The notes beneath the pieces are model-generated. The model worked only from the letters and a program-made list of their open reading frames with translations, searched no databases and was not told the DNA's origin. Made by a program: the position numbers and the translations under genes. A stretch of 64,000 nucleotides of DNA. Origin: a virus (taxonomy: Duplodnaviria > Heunggongvirae > Uroviricota > Caudoviricetes). The stretch lies in the IMG/VR virus record IMGVR_UViG_3300031413_000001. The stretch is one strand, 5' to 3'. Below are positions 43,999-54,537 of the stretch, in pieces. Within the stretch, counting starts at the first letter, position 1. The number at the start of each line of letters is the position of its first letter.

Positions 43999-45021
43999 AT
44001 GGCAGGATTCGTAATCGAGCGTCACGGCTACACAACCGCGGCAGCTTTGACAGTTTCACTAATTCAGGACATGCTGGCTAACGGCTTTGTTCAAAAGTTT
44101 CCTACTGGAGGGGCGTTTGATCCCACCAAGGTAACCAATAAGTATCGCATCACAATGGAAGCAGGTCCGGATGTTGATCCCCTGAACGCAGCTTCGGTTA
44201 CTGAAAAGCAGCCATGGCGCGTGACGCTGGATCTTACCGATACCCAGCGACTGTTCATGTATGTGGCAACACCTACCCAGCTGACCGACGATGGCAAGGT
44301 TGCAGCAGAGTTGACCTCGGCCACCGTTGCAAATGACATTCTTGGATTCATTGGTGATCCAGTTGGCACGACAGGATTGACCGCTGAAGGCATCTACACT
44401 CCAACCACTGATTCGACAACCAAGGGTTTGATCAATCGTCAGGTTCGCGTTGACACCAAGGGCTCCAGCTACCCACTCAGCTACCGCTTGGTAATCAGCC
44501 CACGTGGTATGTGGCTTGGCGTATGGGAAGATGCTATCTCGGCAGAAAGCGCAGCCTTTTACAACTGGGTGCTGGTACAACGTCCAGTGGATCGCACCAA
44601 TGGCGCTGTATTGGTTACTGGTAAGGCTCCTGTGTTCTGTGTCAACTGTGTGGGCAACAGCTACACTCAGTTTGTGGTTCGCGAGCAGGACGTTCTTCGT
44701 CCAGGTCTTCGTCGCCCAGCTGATAGCAACACGCGCGACTCGGAAGCAGTTTTGAATAGCCGCAACCAGGTAGCACTCAGTGAAGACGGCAAGTATGTGG
44801 TAACATTCCCATCGCGCCTCAATAGCTCGCGATATCGCTATCCGCATGAGCTGGACATGGTGGGCATCACAAGTGCAGACGTCGTGTCCCAGTACAGCGA
44901 TGTTCCTCTTCAGTTCTATGGTGAACCCCAGGCACGTGTTTACAAGGCCCTCCATGCAAATGGTGGAACAAACATTGGTATGAGGACTCTGATCCTACAG
45001 CAGGGCGGCGGCATCAGCTAA
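43999..45021 (+). CDS. Putative structural protein, paralog A
   Basis: Late promoter at 43959; near-identical C-terminal half to next gene. Confidence 0.85.
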   Translation: MAGFVIERHGYTTAAALTVSLIQDMLANGFVQKFPTGGAFDPTKVTNKYRITMEAGPDVDPLNAASVTEKQPWRVTLDLTDTQRLFMYVATPTQLTDDGKVAAELTSATVANDILGFIGDPVGTTGLTAEGIYTPTTDSTTKGLINRQVRVDTKGSSYPLSYRLVISPRGMWLGVWEDAISAESAAFYNWVLVQRPVDRTNGAVLVTGKAPVFCVNCVGNSYTQFVVREQDVLRPGLRRPADSNTRDSEAVLNSRNQVALSEDGKYVVTFPSRLNSSRYRYPHELDMVGITSADVVSQYSDVPLQFYGEPQARVYKALHANGGTNIGMRTLILQQGGGIS

Positions 45022-45043
45022 TTAAGATAAAAGGAGAAACTAC

Positions 45044-46246
45044 ATGACTGGTTTTGTAGTAGAACGCCACGGTTACACTAAGGCATCTGCAATGATCCTG
45101 GATGTAATCCAAGACATGATTGCCAATGGCTTCGTGCCAAAGTTTGTTACGGGCTCCGACAAGGCGGTCTTCAACAAAGCAGATCTCACCGAAGCTTATC
45201 GCGTGACCCTTGAAGCAGGTGGCGATGTTGACCCACTGAATGCTGCGGCTGTTTCCGAGAAGCAGCCATGGCGCGTTTGTTTCAACGTCCAGGATGCCCA
45301 GACCGTCATGGTCTATACAGGTACTCCTCTTCAGCTAACTGATGATGGCAAGGTTGCAACTGTCAGCTCTCTGACGGATGGTGTCGCAGCTTCTGGTCAG
45401 TCGTCCAGGTCTTATAAGGCCCTGGTGCCATACGATGTCATTGGTTCTATTGGTGATCAAGTTGGAACCGCTTGGTTGAGTAAATCATACCAAAACGTTT
45501 CTGGATCCAAGCCTGCAGAAACAATTCCAGCACTGGTAAGTGTTGACGGAAAGTATTCTGCTCCCAGCTGGACCACTGATATTAGTATCACTGGCAGTCC
45601 AAACGGTGTTGCACCTGATACGGCTATCGTTGATGAGGTAACCAAAGGTTTGGTAACTCGCGCACGTCGTGTGGTTCCCCTTCAGCAGACCAGCTATCCA
45701 ATGACCTATCGTCTGGTAATCAGTCCACGCGGTATGTGGCTGGGTATTTGGGAAGATGCAACGACTGCAGAAACTTCGGCAACTTTCAACTGGTTCCTTA
45801 TTCAGCGTCCAGTGGATCGTGCAACTGGTCTGGTCCTCACCACAGGTAAGGCTCCAGTGTTCTGTGTCAACAGTGTTGGTCCAAACATCTGGCAGTTTAC
45901 CGTTCGTGAAGCGGATATCTTGCGTCCAGGTAAGCGTCGCAGTGCAACGGTTGATGAAGAGGATAGTGAGTGCATTATCAACAACGTTGAGCAGGTCAGC
46001 TTGAGCGAAGATGGAAAGTACATCGTTACATTCCCCAGTCGCCTCAACACTTCCCGCTATCGTTATCCACATGAGCTGGACATGATTGGTCTAACTTCGG
46101 CAGACGTGGTCAGCCAGTTTACCAACGTTCCTCTTACTGTCTATGGTGAGAGCTCTGAGCGCGTTTACAAGGCGCTTCATGCAAATGGCCCATCCAACAC
46201 TGGCATGCGTATCCTCGTGCTCCAGCAGGGTGGCGGCATCAGCTAA
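45044..46246 (+). CDS. Putative structural protein, paralog B
   Basis: Same N- and C-termini (GFVxERHGYT...QQGGGIS). Confidence 0.85.
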   Translation: MTGFVVERHGYTKASAMILDVIQDMIANGFVPKFVTGSDKAVFNKADLTEAYRVTLEAGGDVDPLNAAAVSEKQPWRVCFNVQDAQTVMVYTGTPLQLTDDGKVATVSSLTDGVAASGQSSRSYKALVPYDVIGSIGDQVGTAWLSKSYQNVSGSKPAETIPALVSVDGKYSAPSWTTDISITGSPNGVAPDTAIVDEVTKGLVTRARRVVPLQQTSYPMTYRLVISPRGMWLGIWEDATTAETSATFNWFLIQRPVDRATGLVLTTGKAPVFCVNSVGPNIWQFTVREADILRPGKRRSATVDEEDSECIINNVEQVSLSEDGKYIVTFPSRLNTSRYRYPHELDMIGLTSADVVSQFTNVPLTVYGESSERVYKALHANGPSNTGMRILVLQQGGGIS

Positions 46247-46250
46247 TTAA

Positions 46251-46284
46251 TAGTGGGGAGGGAAAACTCTCCCCACTACTTTTT
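46251..46284 (+). terminator. Intrinsic terminator
   Basis: TAGTGGGGAG...CTCCCCACTA followed by CTTTTT. Confidence 0.85.
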
Positions 46285-46297
46285 GTGGGAGACGTGA

Positions 46298-49200
46298 ATG
46301 TTTGGATCCATCTCCATTGTAAATCCCAACACAACTGCGACTTCCAGTTTTACCGCAACAGAGCCTTGCAGGGTTGGAATTGAAGACGGATACATTGTTA
46401 GGGTAAACCAACAAGCAACAGCTTCACGTCTCATCGATCTAAAGGTTGGGGACAAGATTGAAATTGATGTACTGGCCGGAGCGGCCAATGAACATCGTTT
46501 CATCCCCTGGACATACAATGGCAACCCCAGCTATTTTGCAGTCGTCAGCAATGCTGGCGCGGCTAAGCCAACCCTCCGCTCCCAGTATCGAAATCAGACT
46601 TGGATTGATATCCTGCCATCCTTCATGGATGGCTCGTATGCCTACCAAAGCAGCGCAGGAAGTGAGAAAAACCTCCCCCTAAGCGGCACATCGTCTGGCT
46701 TTCAAACAACCGACCTTGCATCCGTTCTAAATCCCAAGGGAAAGAGCATCCACTTCTTTCGTGATGATGGAGTGGAAGTCTATCGCCTCCTCACCGATGC
46801 TCCACCTATCAGTCACACCACTATGTGGAATGGTGCTTCAAACACTTGGGAAACCTATGCCCTAGACAGCGCGGGCTATCTCTACACATGGAACAGCCAG
46901 CAGGTTAGGACAAAGTCAACTGGCGCCTATACTGGTGCCAGAACAGTCTTCAGTGATGGAACCACCTTGTATGTGGGCGGAGATCTATATCTCCGAATCC
47001 TAAGTGACCTCAACACGCTCAGCCGTACCATCATCACAACGGAAAAGATCCTTCATGGTATGGTTCTGGGAAGTCTGGTCGTGGTTACCACTGCGAGTGG
47101 CAAGGCACTGAAGATCGATGGATCCACTATCACCACATTGTTTCAAGAGAACTCCATTGGTGTTCCAACGGTGTTCAAGGATCAGTTTATCTTTCCCATC
47201 ACGGAAAAGTACAAGCTCTCGGTCTATGACAGCCAGGGCTCCTTTATCCGTGACATCTCCACAGGTGACATGCTTCCCTGGTCGATTGCCACTTATCGTG
47301 GAAGCCGACTGGCAGTTTCCGGTGCCGACACTCCCATGGTCCAGGTCTTCAACGACCTAGGCATGGCTCCTTCGATTAAGACTTTTGCTAAGAACGTTTC
47401 CTACGCGGTTCCTCTGGCAACCTCACTTATTGGCAGCTTCTACATCAACGATTATCCATTGACCGTTCCTCCCAACCCGGTGGTCTCTGGTGCTGAATTC
47501 AAGACCTGGAGAGCTCCGCTGGAAGTGGATGCTGGATCCGGGGAATACACCGTCAATACTCTTGGTGAGAATCTTCCCAGCTTTGTGAGCCCCAATGGCA
47601 AAATGTTGATCAACGGAAGTCCGGATATCAACGTGGTAAGTCAGAACAGTGCGGTTCAGCTCTATCAGAAAGCCTACAATGGTCGCGTGAGTGCCTGTGT
47701 GGTTCTGGGCAACTATGCCTTTGACTTCAAGGTCGAGGCTGTACCCAGCAACACGATGGCTACCTTTATCAACACTGGCATCAAGAATAAAGCGACCACA
47801 CTGGTTTGGAACTTCAAGGTTCCCAAGAGGGTTGTCAACGCTCCCATTGCTCTGTCGGTTGGTACTCTGTTGGTGGATGGTCAGCCCTACAATGGCCGAA
47901 CACCAGTCAATGCTGGACAAGACCTGCAGATCACTATCAATGTTCCACAGGAAGCCTTGTATTACTTCAGCGTTCTAAGCATTGCAGATGCCCAGTACCC
48001 GCTTATTATGGGTAGCGCCTCACTTATCACAGCTGATACGCAGAAGTTCCAACCCTATGGTAGCACGGAAGTAACTTCCACATACGTGATCACCGAGACT
48101 GGAAACTATGACTTCCTGAACTATAGGAATGCACTCGTTACAATGGGCGAGGAAACTCTCAGCTTTCCCACTGAGCTGGTTATTGGAGATGAGATCACCG
48201 TTCGTCACATCCAGGCTAGCAGTTGGTGGCTTGATGAGCGCGATACGGTTTTGATTGGTCCCAGTGCCAACTATTACTTCAAGAGTTTTACCACTGTTGA
48301 TGACATGCCCGAGAATGTAGACTTTGGTACCGTGCATCATGGTATCCCGGACTTCTACTTTCCAGGTGATCTTGAACCAGTTATCGAAGGCTTGAGTGAA
48401 GACTACCAGATCCGCATCTACAACAAATACATGCAGTTCAGTGTCAACGATGGTCCCTATGAAACCAGACCACTGGTTGGAAATGGTGACCGAGTTCGCG
48501 CACTCTACAGGGTCAAGAACCTCTTTGAAGTCCAGACGGTTAAGACTCTCTTGGCCGACGATGTAACTGTCTATGAGTTTGGATATCTGAATATTGATCC
48601 GGCTGAAGGAGAGTGGATGCCTCCTCGTTCTTCTCTTCAGCTGGGTGGTCGAAACCAGTGGGAACTCGTCAACAGCCATCTTGAGCTTATTGAATCCAAG
48701 AAGCCGGAAGTTCAAAAGGCTCCCGACAAATACATGGAAGCCAACACGCCAGTGGTTCAGCAGGCTCCTGAAAAGTACATGAAGGCCAACACCCCTGAGC
48801 TACAGCAGGCTGGTGCGCTATCAGGCGTTGCTAGTGTTGGTTCTTGGTTCCAAGCCAGCAGTCCTCCGGGAAATGCCAGCGTTGGTATGTGGTTCCAAGC
48901 CAGCAGCCCTCCGGGAAATGCCAGCATCAGTGAGTGGCAGGGAAGTGCCGATCAGAGAACCACTGATCTTTCCAAGGGAGTAATCTTTGCTGGCACGATC
49001 GCATTCAAGAAGATAAGCACCAGCACTTTCAATCCATTCAGCAATTTTGTCCTGACACAAAAGGCTAGAGCAAAGGTTCCCAGCAAGACCACATATTTGA
49101 TTGACCAGAGGGCATTCAAGTATGAGGACCAGCGTCAGAGTATTCGTCTTGCTGACAGTGCTGATCTAACCTATGAGCCATCGTTTGGTATCACAGCAAC

Positions 49201-49906
49201 GTACACCAAGTTTACGCCAATATTCCATCATGAGAACAATGTGGCTCCTCGTCGAGCAACAGTGTTCTTTTCCTATCAGGCAACCAAGGGTGATCGCAAA
49301 GCTGATGTCTCTTGGAGGGTAATGCCAATGGGTCTTGGCCACCGTTATGCCGCTGGACACCTTCACCTCTATGGAACCGTTCTGCGGTATCACCAGAGGG
49401 ATTGGGCGGATTACACCTACAAGAATGACCAGGTCTATGCACCCGGTCACTTCCATGTGGGAAATCACACCTTCCAGACTGCTGAGATGAAGACCGTGCA
49501 TTTCGCAGGAGCGGAACTCCGAATCAAGCAGATTGCAGGCTATGTGGGCAAGCCAACGTTCCGCGCAGCGGAAATCAAGGGCAAAGCCGTAGTGGTGCCC
49601 ACACTGAAGAAGGTATCGATCGCCAGCGCAAAGCCGGCTTCGACCAGTCAGGTATCAGTAGCCAGGGCTGCATTTGGTGAGAACGCAATCAGCTGGCAGA
49701 CTTTCCTGCCCCTTCAGACCGGTGGTTTCGAGACTCCAGGAGAAGCAGAGTTCGCAGCTACGGCCTACAACAATGTCTTGCCCCTTACTGTCTATCAGCA
49801 GCCAGAGGGAACATTCAGCTATGTGTTCAAGCGCAACACTGAACTGGTATGTCAGATCAAGGGAACCAATATCTTTGCCGTCAAGTGGCTGATCGGAGGT
49901 GGCTAA
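46298..49906 (+). CDS. Large putative virion protein (1202 aa)
   Basis: Beta-rich, propeller-like N-terminal half, internal 15-aa repeats. Confidence 0.8.
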   Translation: MFGSISIVNPNTTATSSFTATEPCRVGIEDGYIVRVNQQATASRLIDLKVGDKIEIDVLAGAANEHRFIPWTYNGNPSYFAVVSNAGAAKPTLRSQYRNQTWIDILPSFMDGSYAYQSSAGSEKNLPLSGTSSGFQTTDLASVLNPKGKSIHFFRDDGVEVYRLLTDAPPISHTTMWNGASNTWETYALDSAGYLYTWNSQQVRTKSTGAYTGARTVFSDGTTLYVGGDLYLRILSDLNTLSRTIITTEKILHGMVLGSLVVVTTASGKALKIDGSTITTLFQENSIGVPTVFKDQFIFPITEKYKLSVYDSQGSFIRDISTGDMLPWSIATYRGSRLAVSGADTPMVQVFNDLGMAPSIKTFAKNVSYAVPLATSLIGSFYINDYPLTVPPNPVVSGAEFKTWRAPLEVDAGSGEYTVNTLGENLPSFVSPNGKMLINGSPDINVVSQNSAVQLYQKAYNGRVSACVVLGNYAFDFKVEAVPSNTMATFINTGIKNKATTLVWNFKVPKRVVNAPIALSVGTLLVDGQPYNGRTPVNAGQDLQITINVPQEALYYFSVLSIADAQYPLIMGSASLITADTQKFQPYGSTEVTSTYVITETGNYDFLNYRNALVTMGEETLSFPTELVIGDEITVRHIQASSWWLDERDTVLIGPSANYYFKSFTTVDDMPENVDFGTVHHGIPDFYFPGDLEPVIEGLSEDYQIRIYNKYMQFSVNDGPYETRPLVGNGDRVRALYRVKNLFEVQTVKTLLADDVTVYEFGYLNIDPAEGEWMPPRSSLQLGGRNQWELVNSHLELIESKKPEVQKAPDKYMEANTPVVQQAPEKYMKANTPELQQAGALSGVASVGSWFQASSPPGNASVGMWFQASSPPGNASISEWQGSADQRTTDLSKGVIFAGTIAFKKISTSTFNPFSNFVLTQKARAKVPSKTTYLIDQRAFKYEDQRQSIRLADSADLTYEPSFGITATYTKFTPIFHHENNVAPRRATVFFSYQATKGDRKADVSWRVMPMGLGHRYAAGHLHLYGTVLRYHQRDWADYTYKNDQVYAPGHFHVGNHTFQTAEMKTVHFAGAELRIKQIAGYVGKPTFRAAEIKGKAVVVPTLKKVSIASAKPASTSQVSVARAAFGENAISWQTFLPLQTGGFETPGEAEFAATAYNNVLPLTVYQQPEGTFSYVFKRNTELVCQIKGTNIFAVKWLIGGG

Positions 49907-50583
49907 TGAGCGTTAGTTTGACCAACACTCGTTTTGTACAGACGCATGCCAACGTAATTGATTTCGAGTGCCCCATGTTGGAATCAAACATTCCTCGTGG
50001 AGCCCGCGTTACATTCATTCCAATTGACAACACGGCACCGGATTTCAGACCTGTCTATGGAATGTTCATGGACACTCTTCCCTACAATCCCGCGTGGGTT
50101 GAGGTGTGGCATGATGGCTTCCGTCTCGTCAACAGCACGTTGGATTTTGGAAAGACCTTCAGGGCTTTCCGTGTCAGCGGTCAGGTAATTTACTTTCAGG
50201 ATCCCATCCTAGAAGGAACACTGAAGGTCTATGCCGATGGTGCATTCAACTATGATCTTCCCGAGTACACCATTGATGTCAACAACATCCAGGGCGCACA
50301 AACAAAGAACACCGTAGATGGGCAGATGCTCGCAGGGTATTTTTGTGAGCCAGTGATCCTCACGGAGCCTCGTCGTGGATACGTTCGACTTTCCGATGAT
50401 CGCCACAGCTTGATCTTTATTCCTGAAACAGGTTGGGAAGGCTACGATAGCTTCAGCTACGTTATGATAAATGATCGTGGACAAGCCAGTGAGCCCAAGT
50501 GCGTTTTCATTACCGTTGGTGAGCCCAAGGGTCCAACCAAGCCTGTTACCGGCGAGGGTAGCACTGATGATCCCAAGGAGTAA
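49906..50583 (+). CDS. Structural protein with C-terminal Ig-like (Big_9-like) domain
   Basis: TEPRRGYV...IFIPETGWEGYDSFSY; TAATG coupling. Confidence 0.75.
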   Translation: MSVSLTNTRFVQTHANVIDFECPMLESNIPRGARVTFIPIDNTAPDFRPVYGMFMDTLPYNPAWVEVWHDGFRLVNSTLDFGKTFRAFRVSGQVIYFQDPILEGTLKVYADGAFNYDLPEYTIDVNNIQGAQTKNTVDGQMLAGYFCEPVILTEPRRGYVRLSDDRHSLIFIPETGWEGYDSFSYVMINDRGQASEPKCVFITVGEPKGPTKPVTGEGSTDDPKE

Positions 50584-50586
50584 GCC

Positions 50587-51225
50587 ATGCTGGTAGGAAC
50601 TATTCTATATGATGGCGTGGCACGAACTGACTTGTTGCTTCGCATGACCAACAGCTTTACCAATCAGGTAAACGGAGGGCAGTCAAGCCTGTCCAACAAC
50701 GCTCGACCAACAACGGTCTCCAACTATATGCTGTTCACTGGAACTCAGGCGGTTCGCTTTTCCAACAACAATGCAGTGTGGCATCTTTCCACCCCCTATA
50801 GTGTGGAAATGGAAGTTTACATTGATGAGCCGGGTACCAGGTGGATTGCAACTTTGGGTGAAGGCTTTGGTGCGGGTTGGCCTGAGTGGACGATCAGTCA
50901 CAATGGATCCAATATACTCTTCAATAGCAGCACAACCAACAACGGCTACACAACCAGTTTGACCATGGTAAGCAATTACCAGGCAAAGCAATGGTACCGT
51001 CTGGGATTCATGTTTTACGCTCAGGGTGATAGCACGCGAGTCCGCTTGTATGTCAACAACACCCCAGTGGGCGACTATGCCATGCCGGTCCCCTACACGA
51101 CGGCAAACGGCCTTTCAATTGGTTCGGACTGGACCTATAACACCTCAACGGGTGCCAGTGCTCGAATCTTCAAGGGTCGAATCCGCAATGTGACGATTGG
51201 TAGAAGTGGCTTTTGGACGGTGTGA
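50587..51225 (+). CDS. LamG/concanavalin A-like lectin domain protein
   Basis: QWYRLG...RLYVNN...LSIG...FKGRIRNVTI. Confidence 0.75.
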   Translation: MLVGTILYDGVARTDLLLRMTNSFTNQVNGGQSSLSNNARPTTVSNYMLFTGTQAVRFSNNNAVWHLSTPYSVEMEVYIDEPGTRWIATLGEGFGAGWPEWTISHNGSNILFNSSTTNNGYTTSLTMVSNYQAKQWYRLGFMFYAQGDSTRVRLYVNNTPVGDYAMPVPYTTANGLSIGSDWTYNTSTGASARIFKGRIRNVTIGRSGFWTV

Positions 51226-51288
51226 TCCAATAGTGATTTCTGGACACCAGGTGCGTTAGGGTATCCATAAATCCAAATGGAGAACCCA

Positions 51289-51696
51289 ATGAGCGAAAAC
51301 TACCTGAACGAATATGGCGCCTTCGTGGATGCCGTGACCAGCGATGCCAGCAAGAACAAGGAAGCATTCCTAGCTCGTGTTGGTGACCTGTATGACCAGG
51401 GCTGCAATGTTGAGCGTCTTCTAACCGGCGCATGTGGCATGAGTGCAGAGTCGGGCGAGTTCATGGAAATCGTCAAGAAGATGCTCTTCCAGGGCAAGCC
51501 TTTTGATGAGGCCAATAAGTATCATATGATGCGCGAGCTCGGCGATGTGATGTGGTACTTTGCAAACGCCTGCACGGCACTGGGTCTGGACCCCTACGAG
51601 GTCTTGGACGAAAACGTCAAGAAGCTGGAAAGCCGCTTTCCTGGTGGCAAGTTCAGCATTGAGCGTAGTGAAAACAGAAAGTCTGGTGACATTTGA
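51289..51696 (+). CDS. mazG: MazG-like NTP pyrophosphohydrolase
   Basis: AESGEFMEIVKK...RELGDVMWY...NVKKLESRFP. Confidence 0.9.
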   Translation: MSENYLNEYGAFVDAVTSDASKNKEAFLARVGDLYDQGCNVERLLTGACGMSAESGEFMEIVKKMLFQGKPFDEANKYHMMRELGDVMWYFANACTALGLDPYEVLDENVKKLESRFPGGKFSIERSENRKSGDI

Positions 51697-52064
51697 TTGA
51701 CCATCCATTTCTCTCCTTTAAGGATCTAAGTGACGATGAGCTCTTGCAGAAAACGCAGGACATTCATCGTAACCTAAGCCGTGCCTCCATGTGGGGTTCC
51801 AGTCTTGACACCATCAACCAATTGGAGTGGATGTTGGAAATGATTGATGAGGAGAAAATGGAAAGGGCACAGAAGGCAAACTTCGACGCCATGGTTGCCA
51901 TGTTCCCGGACACCGTTGAGTCCGATCCCGATTTCAAGGCATCCAAGGGTGAGACTGAGGACGACAGCAAGACAACGATTGTCAAGCCAGCTTCTCGCAA
52001 GCCTCAGAATCTTCCTGCTCCCTTGTTTCACAAGGAATACACGGACAAAGACGACCAAAAATAA
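51693..52064 (+). CDS. Hypothetical protein
   Basis: Coupled ORF. Confidence 0.75.
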   Translation: MIDHPFLSFKDLSDDELLQKTQDIHRNLSRASMWGSSLDTINQLEWMLEMIDEEKMERAQKANFDAMVAMFPDTVESDPDFKASKGETEDDSKTTIVKPASRKPQNLPAPLFHKEYTDKDDQK

Positions 52065-52271
52065 TGACAAGACCCCAACCTGTTCACTATGGTATAAGAG
52101 ATTAAACGTAGGAAACAGGTTGGGTTTTGAAGCTCAGGCACTAAATACCATGAACGACGACAGGATGTCCAATAGGGCTGCTCAAGTCTTGTGGTTGTGT
52201 TGCTGGCCAGCAATTAACCCTTCATGCCGCATCCGCGGTAGTGTTCCTACGTTCCTTCTTTGGGGACTGTA

Positions 52272-53009
52272 ATGGACGAACACGACGACAACACCATGCC
52301 CAATCACCTGTTCATTAGCCTGCGCTATGAGTTCAAGGCTACCAGGATCATCGATCAGCGGCTTTCTCCCACCACCATCAAAATCAAAGCAGATGTGTCC
52401 ACACTGGAACACGTTGACGATCAGGGCCTTCCCGTAGAGGAAGACTCCGACGACTACGGTACCCGTATGGAAGTCGCACTTGCAAAGATGAGCTACTGGG
52501 TAGAGCGTGTTCTAAACAACTCCATCTTGCTTCACAGCGACAATGAGTGGGCACTTGATCGCTTTTCTGAAGGCGACAGTCCCAGTTGCACCAACGCACT
52601 CATCCTCTGCCCAGAGGAACCCACCGATGCCTGCTTGGCGGAACTTCTGCTCTGCAAGTTCAAGGCATTAACCAAGGGTGCATTCTCATTCCATGCCATT
52701 GACATCGAGAGCACCGATGGTCGAGGAATGGGCTTTACCTTTGTGGGTCTTCGTCCCGGCGAGAGCTTTGCCAGCGACGTGGAATGGCTCACTGAAAGCA
52801 ACTTCTTCTCGCGTCCTTGGTGGCATCGCGATGACGCATCCAGCATGGATGTGGTTCCCGACGAAGGTGATGACTTGAATAAGCCACCAGCTTGGGCGTA
52901 TAGTCTGGGCTTTATTGCGGATCAGATGGCGAATCCACAGGCACCCAGCAATGTGATTGTGCGTCCTGAATTCCGTCCCCGCGTAATTGATGGTGGTAAG
53001 GTAGACTGA
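52272..53009 (+). CDS. Hypothetical protein
   Basis: 245-aa ORF. Confidence 0.8.
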   Translation: MDEHDDNTMPNHLFISLRYEFKATRIIDQRLSPTTIKIKADVSTLEHVDDQGLPVEEDSDDYGTRMEVALAKMSYWVERVLNNSILLHSDNEWALDRFSEGDSPSCTNALILCPEEPTDACLAELLLCKFKALTKGAFSFHAIDIESTDGRGMGFTFVGLRPGESFASDVEWLTESNFFSRPWWHRDDASSMDVVPDEGDDLNKPPAWAYSLGFIADQMANPQAPSNVIVRPEFRPRVIDGGKVD

Positions 53010-53542
53010 TGCAGTTCAAGGGCCGTTCAACTGACGAGTGGGGAAATGTGATCTTTGACACGGATGGTCTGATTGATCATCTGATGCGGGGAAATCACCT
53101 TACCAGTGAGATGACGGCCCACCCTGTAGAGGGCGTGGTGCGCTTTAATGCGCTCTGCAAGGAATACGACCACCCCGATGATCAGGTGGGCGAGTATCAG
53201 GAACCCACATTCCCAGTCAAGGATTGGGACGAGGCTCACCAGAGCCAGTGGTTTATTCCCGAGCCCTATGCAAGTCTGGACGTCCAGGAGTTTCTCCTAA
53301 TGAGGTGCCAGAATGAGGCACAAATTGAGAGAATACTCTACGAGTGGACTCTCTTCGAGGAAAGGAACATGATTCCCCTTCTGCGCTTTCTCGTCTATGC
53401 GGTAAATCACTTCCGTGAGAATGATATCGTGTGGGGTGTGGGACGTGGATCCAGTGTTGCCTCCTATGCACTTTTTCTAATTGGCGTGCATCGTGTTGAC
53501 AGTATGGCGTTCGATCTGGACATTCGAGAGTTCCTCAAGTAA
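53009..53542 (+). CDS. DNA polymerase III alpha (DnaE)-like fragment
   Basis: IVWGVGRGSSVASYALFLIGVHRVD...L..REFL. Confidence 0.8.
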   Translation: MQFKGRSTDEWGNVIFDTDGLIDHLMRGNHLTSEMTAHPVEGVVRFNALCKEYDHPDDQVGEYQEPTFPVKDWDEAHQSQWFIPEPYASLDVQEFLLMRCQNEAQIERILYEWTLFEERNMIPLLRFLVYAVNHFRENDIVWGVGRGSSVASYALFLIGVHRVDSMAFDLDIREFLK

Positions 53543-53599
53543 CCCGCTGGTTAACTACGCATAAATAAGAACATAGGGTCGTATAGGAGGAGCACCACA

Positions 53600-53968
53600 A
53601 TGGCTCGCAACGGTTTTAGGAACAAGGCAGTTTCCATGCGCGGTGTCGAAATTGACATGGACGCGCTGAGTGCCGCAAATGAAAGTAGCCGAGCAATCGG
53701 CAATGGGCGTATGAATGCTCGCGGCGACATCATGGGCGCCGGTGGTCAGATCGAGGTTCGTAGGGAACAGATTGCTCGTGACTACTATGCGAACAACCCT
53801 CAGGCAGCAAAGCAGGTTTCGTTGAAGCCCGCACTTCCTGATGTGTTCGAAACCCCGGAGGAAGCAATGAACCGTCTGGTCAGCAGCAGGGTCGCGGAGA
53901 CCGATGCTCCTGAGGGATTGGCTCAGCGTCCAAGGGGTCGTAAGCTAGTGGACAAGAGTGACGACTAA
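53600..53968 (+). CDS. Hypothetical late protein
   Basis: TAAATA at about 53562, SD GGAGGAG. Confidence 0.8.
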   Translation: MARNGFRNKAVSMRGVEIDMDALSAANESSRAIGNGRMNARGDIMGAGGQIEVRREQIARDYYANNPQAAKQVSLKPALPDVFETPEEAMNRLVSSRVAETDAPEGLAQRPRGRKLVDKSDD

Positions 53969-53998
53969 GAACTTTGGTTTGTAACCGGAGACATTCAA

Positions 53999-54340
53999 AT
54001 GAGTCGCTACAATTATTCAAAGATCCGCGGTGACATTCGCCCAGTCCGAGATCACATCCTTGTGATCAACATGGAAAAGGGTGAAAAGGTTACCAAGGGT
54101 GGTATTATCACGCTTGATGACAATGGCAAGGATCGGGGTATCCGTCCTCGCTGGGCACAGGTCTGGCGCGTTGGTCATGAGCAGACTGACATCAAGGTTG
54201 GACAGTGGGTTCTAGTGGAACATGGTCGTTGGACCTATGGCGTTGAAGCTGAGATTCCCGAGAGCGCCGATGAAGTACATTATGTTCAGCGCGTAGACGT
54301 AACTGGTGTATTGGGTGTTCAGGATGACTGCCCCTTCTAA
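53999..54340 (+). CDS. groES: Co-chaperonin GroES-like
   Basis: IRPVRDHILV...TKGGII...VGH...IKVGQWVL. Confidence 0.85.
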   Translation: MSRYNYSKIRGDIRPVRDHILVINMEKGEKVTKGGIITLDDNGKDRGIRPRWAQVWRVGHEQTDIKVGQWVLVEHGRWTYGVEAEIPESADEVHYVQRVDVTGVLGVQDDCPF

Positions 54341-54350
54341 TCCACTTAAA

Positions 54351-54533
54351 ATGGTTGTCTGGATTCAAGACAACGATCATTTTCAAAACATGAATGATTT
54401 CATAGCATTCAACAGATCCAAAGTTGTCGATTATTCTTGGTATCACGGTTTCATAGGTGAGCCATCAAGTAGTTTGACAATTGAATTTGGCAATGTATCC
54501 GACGCTTTGCTGTTTAAGTTGAAGTACGGTTGA
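54351..54533 (+). CDS. LFKLxW-family protein (dispersed)
   Basis: FGNVSDALLFKLKYG. Confidence 0.8.
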   Translation: MVVWIQDNDHFQNMNDFIAFNRSKVVDYSWYHGFIGEPSSSLTIEFGNVSDALLFKLKYG

Positions 54534-54537
54534 AGTC

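Noticed and set aside
52150-52272. 40-aa ORF after TAAATA at about 52142
   Set aside because: No SD and atypical composition. More likely the leader of the 52272 gene, but cannot be excluded.
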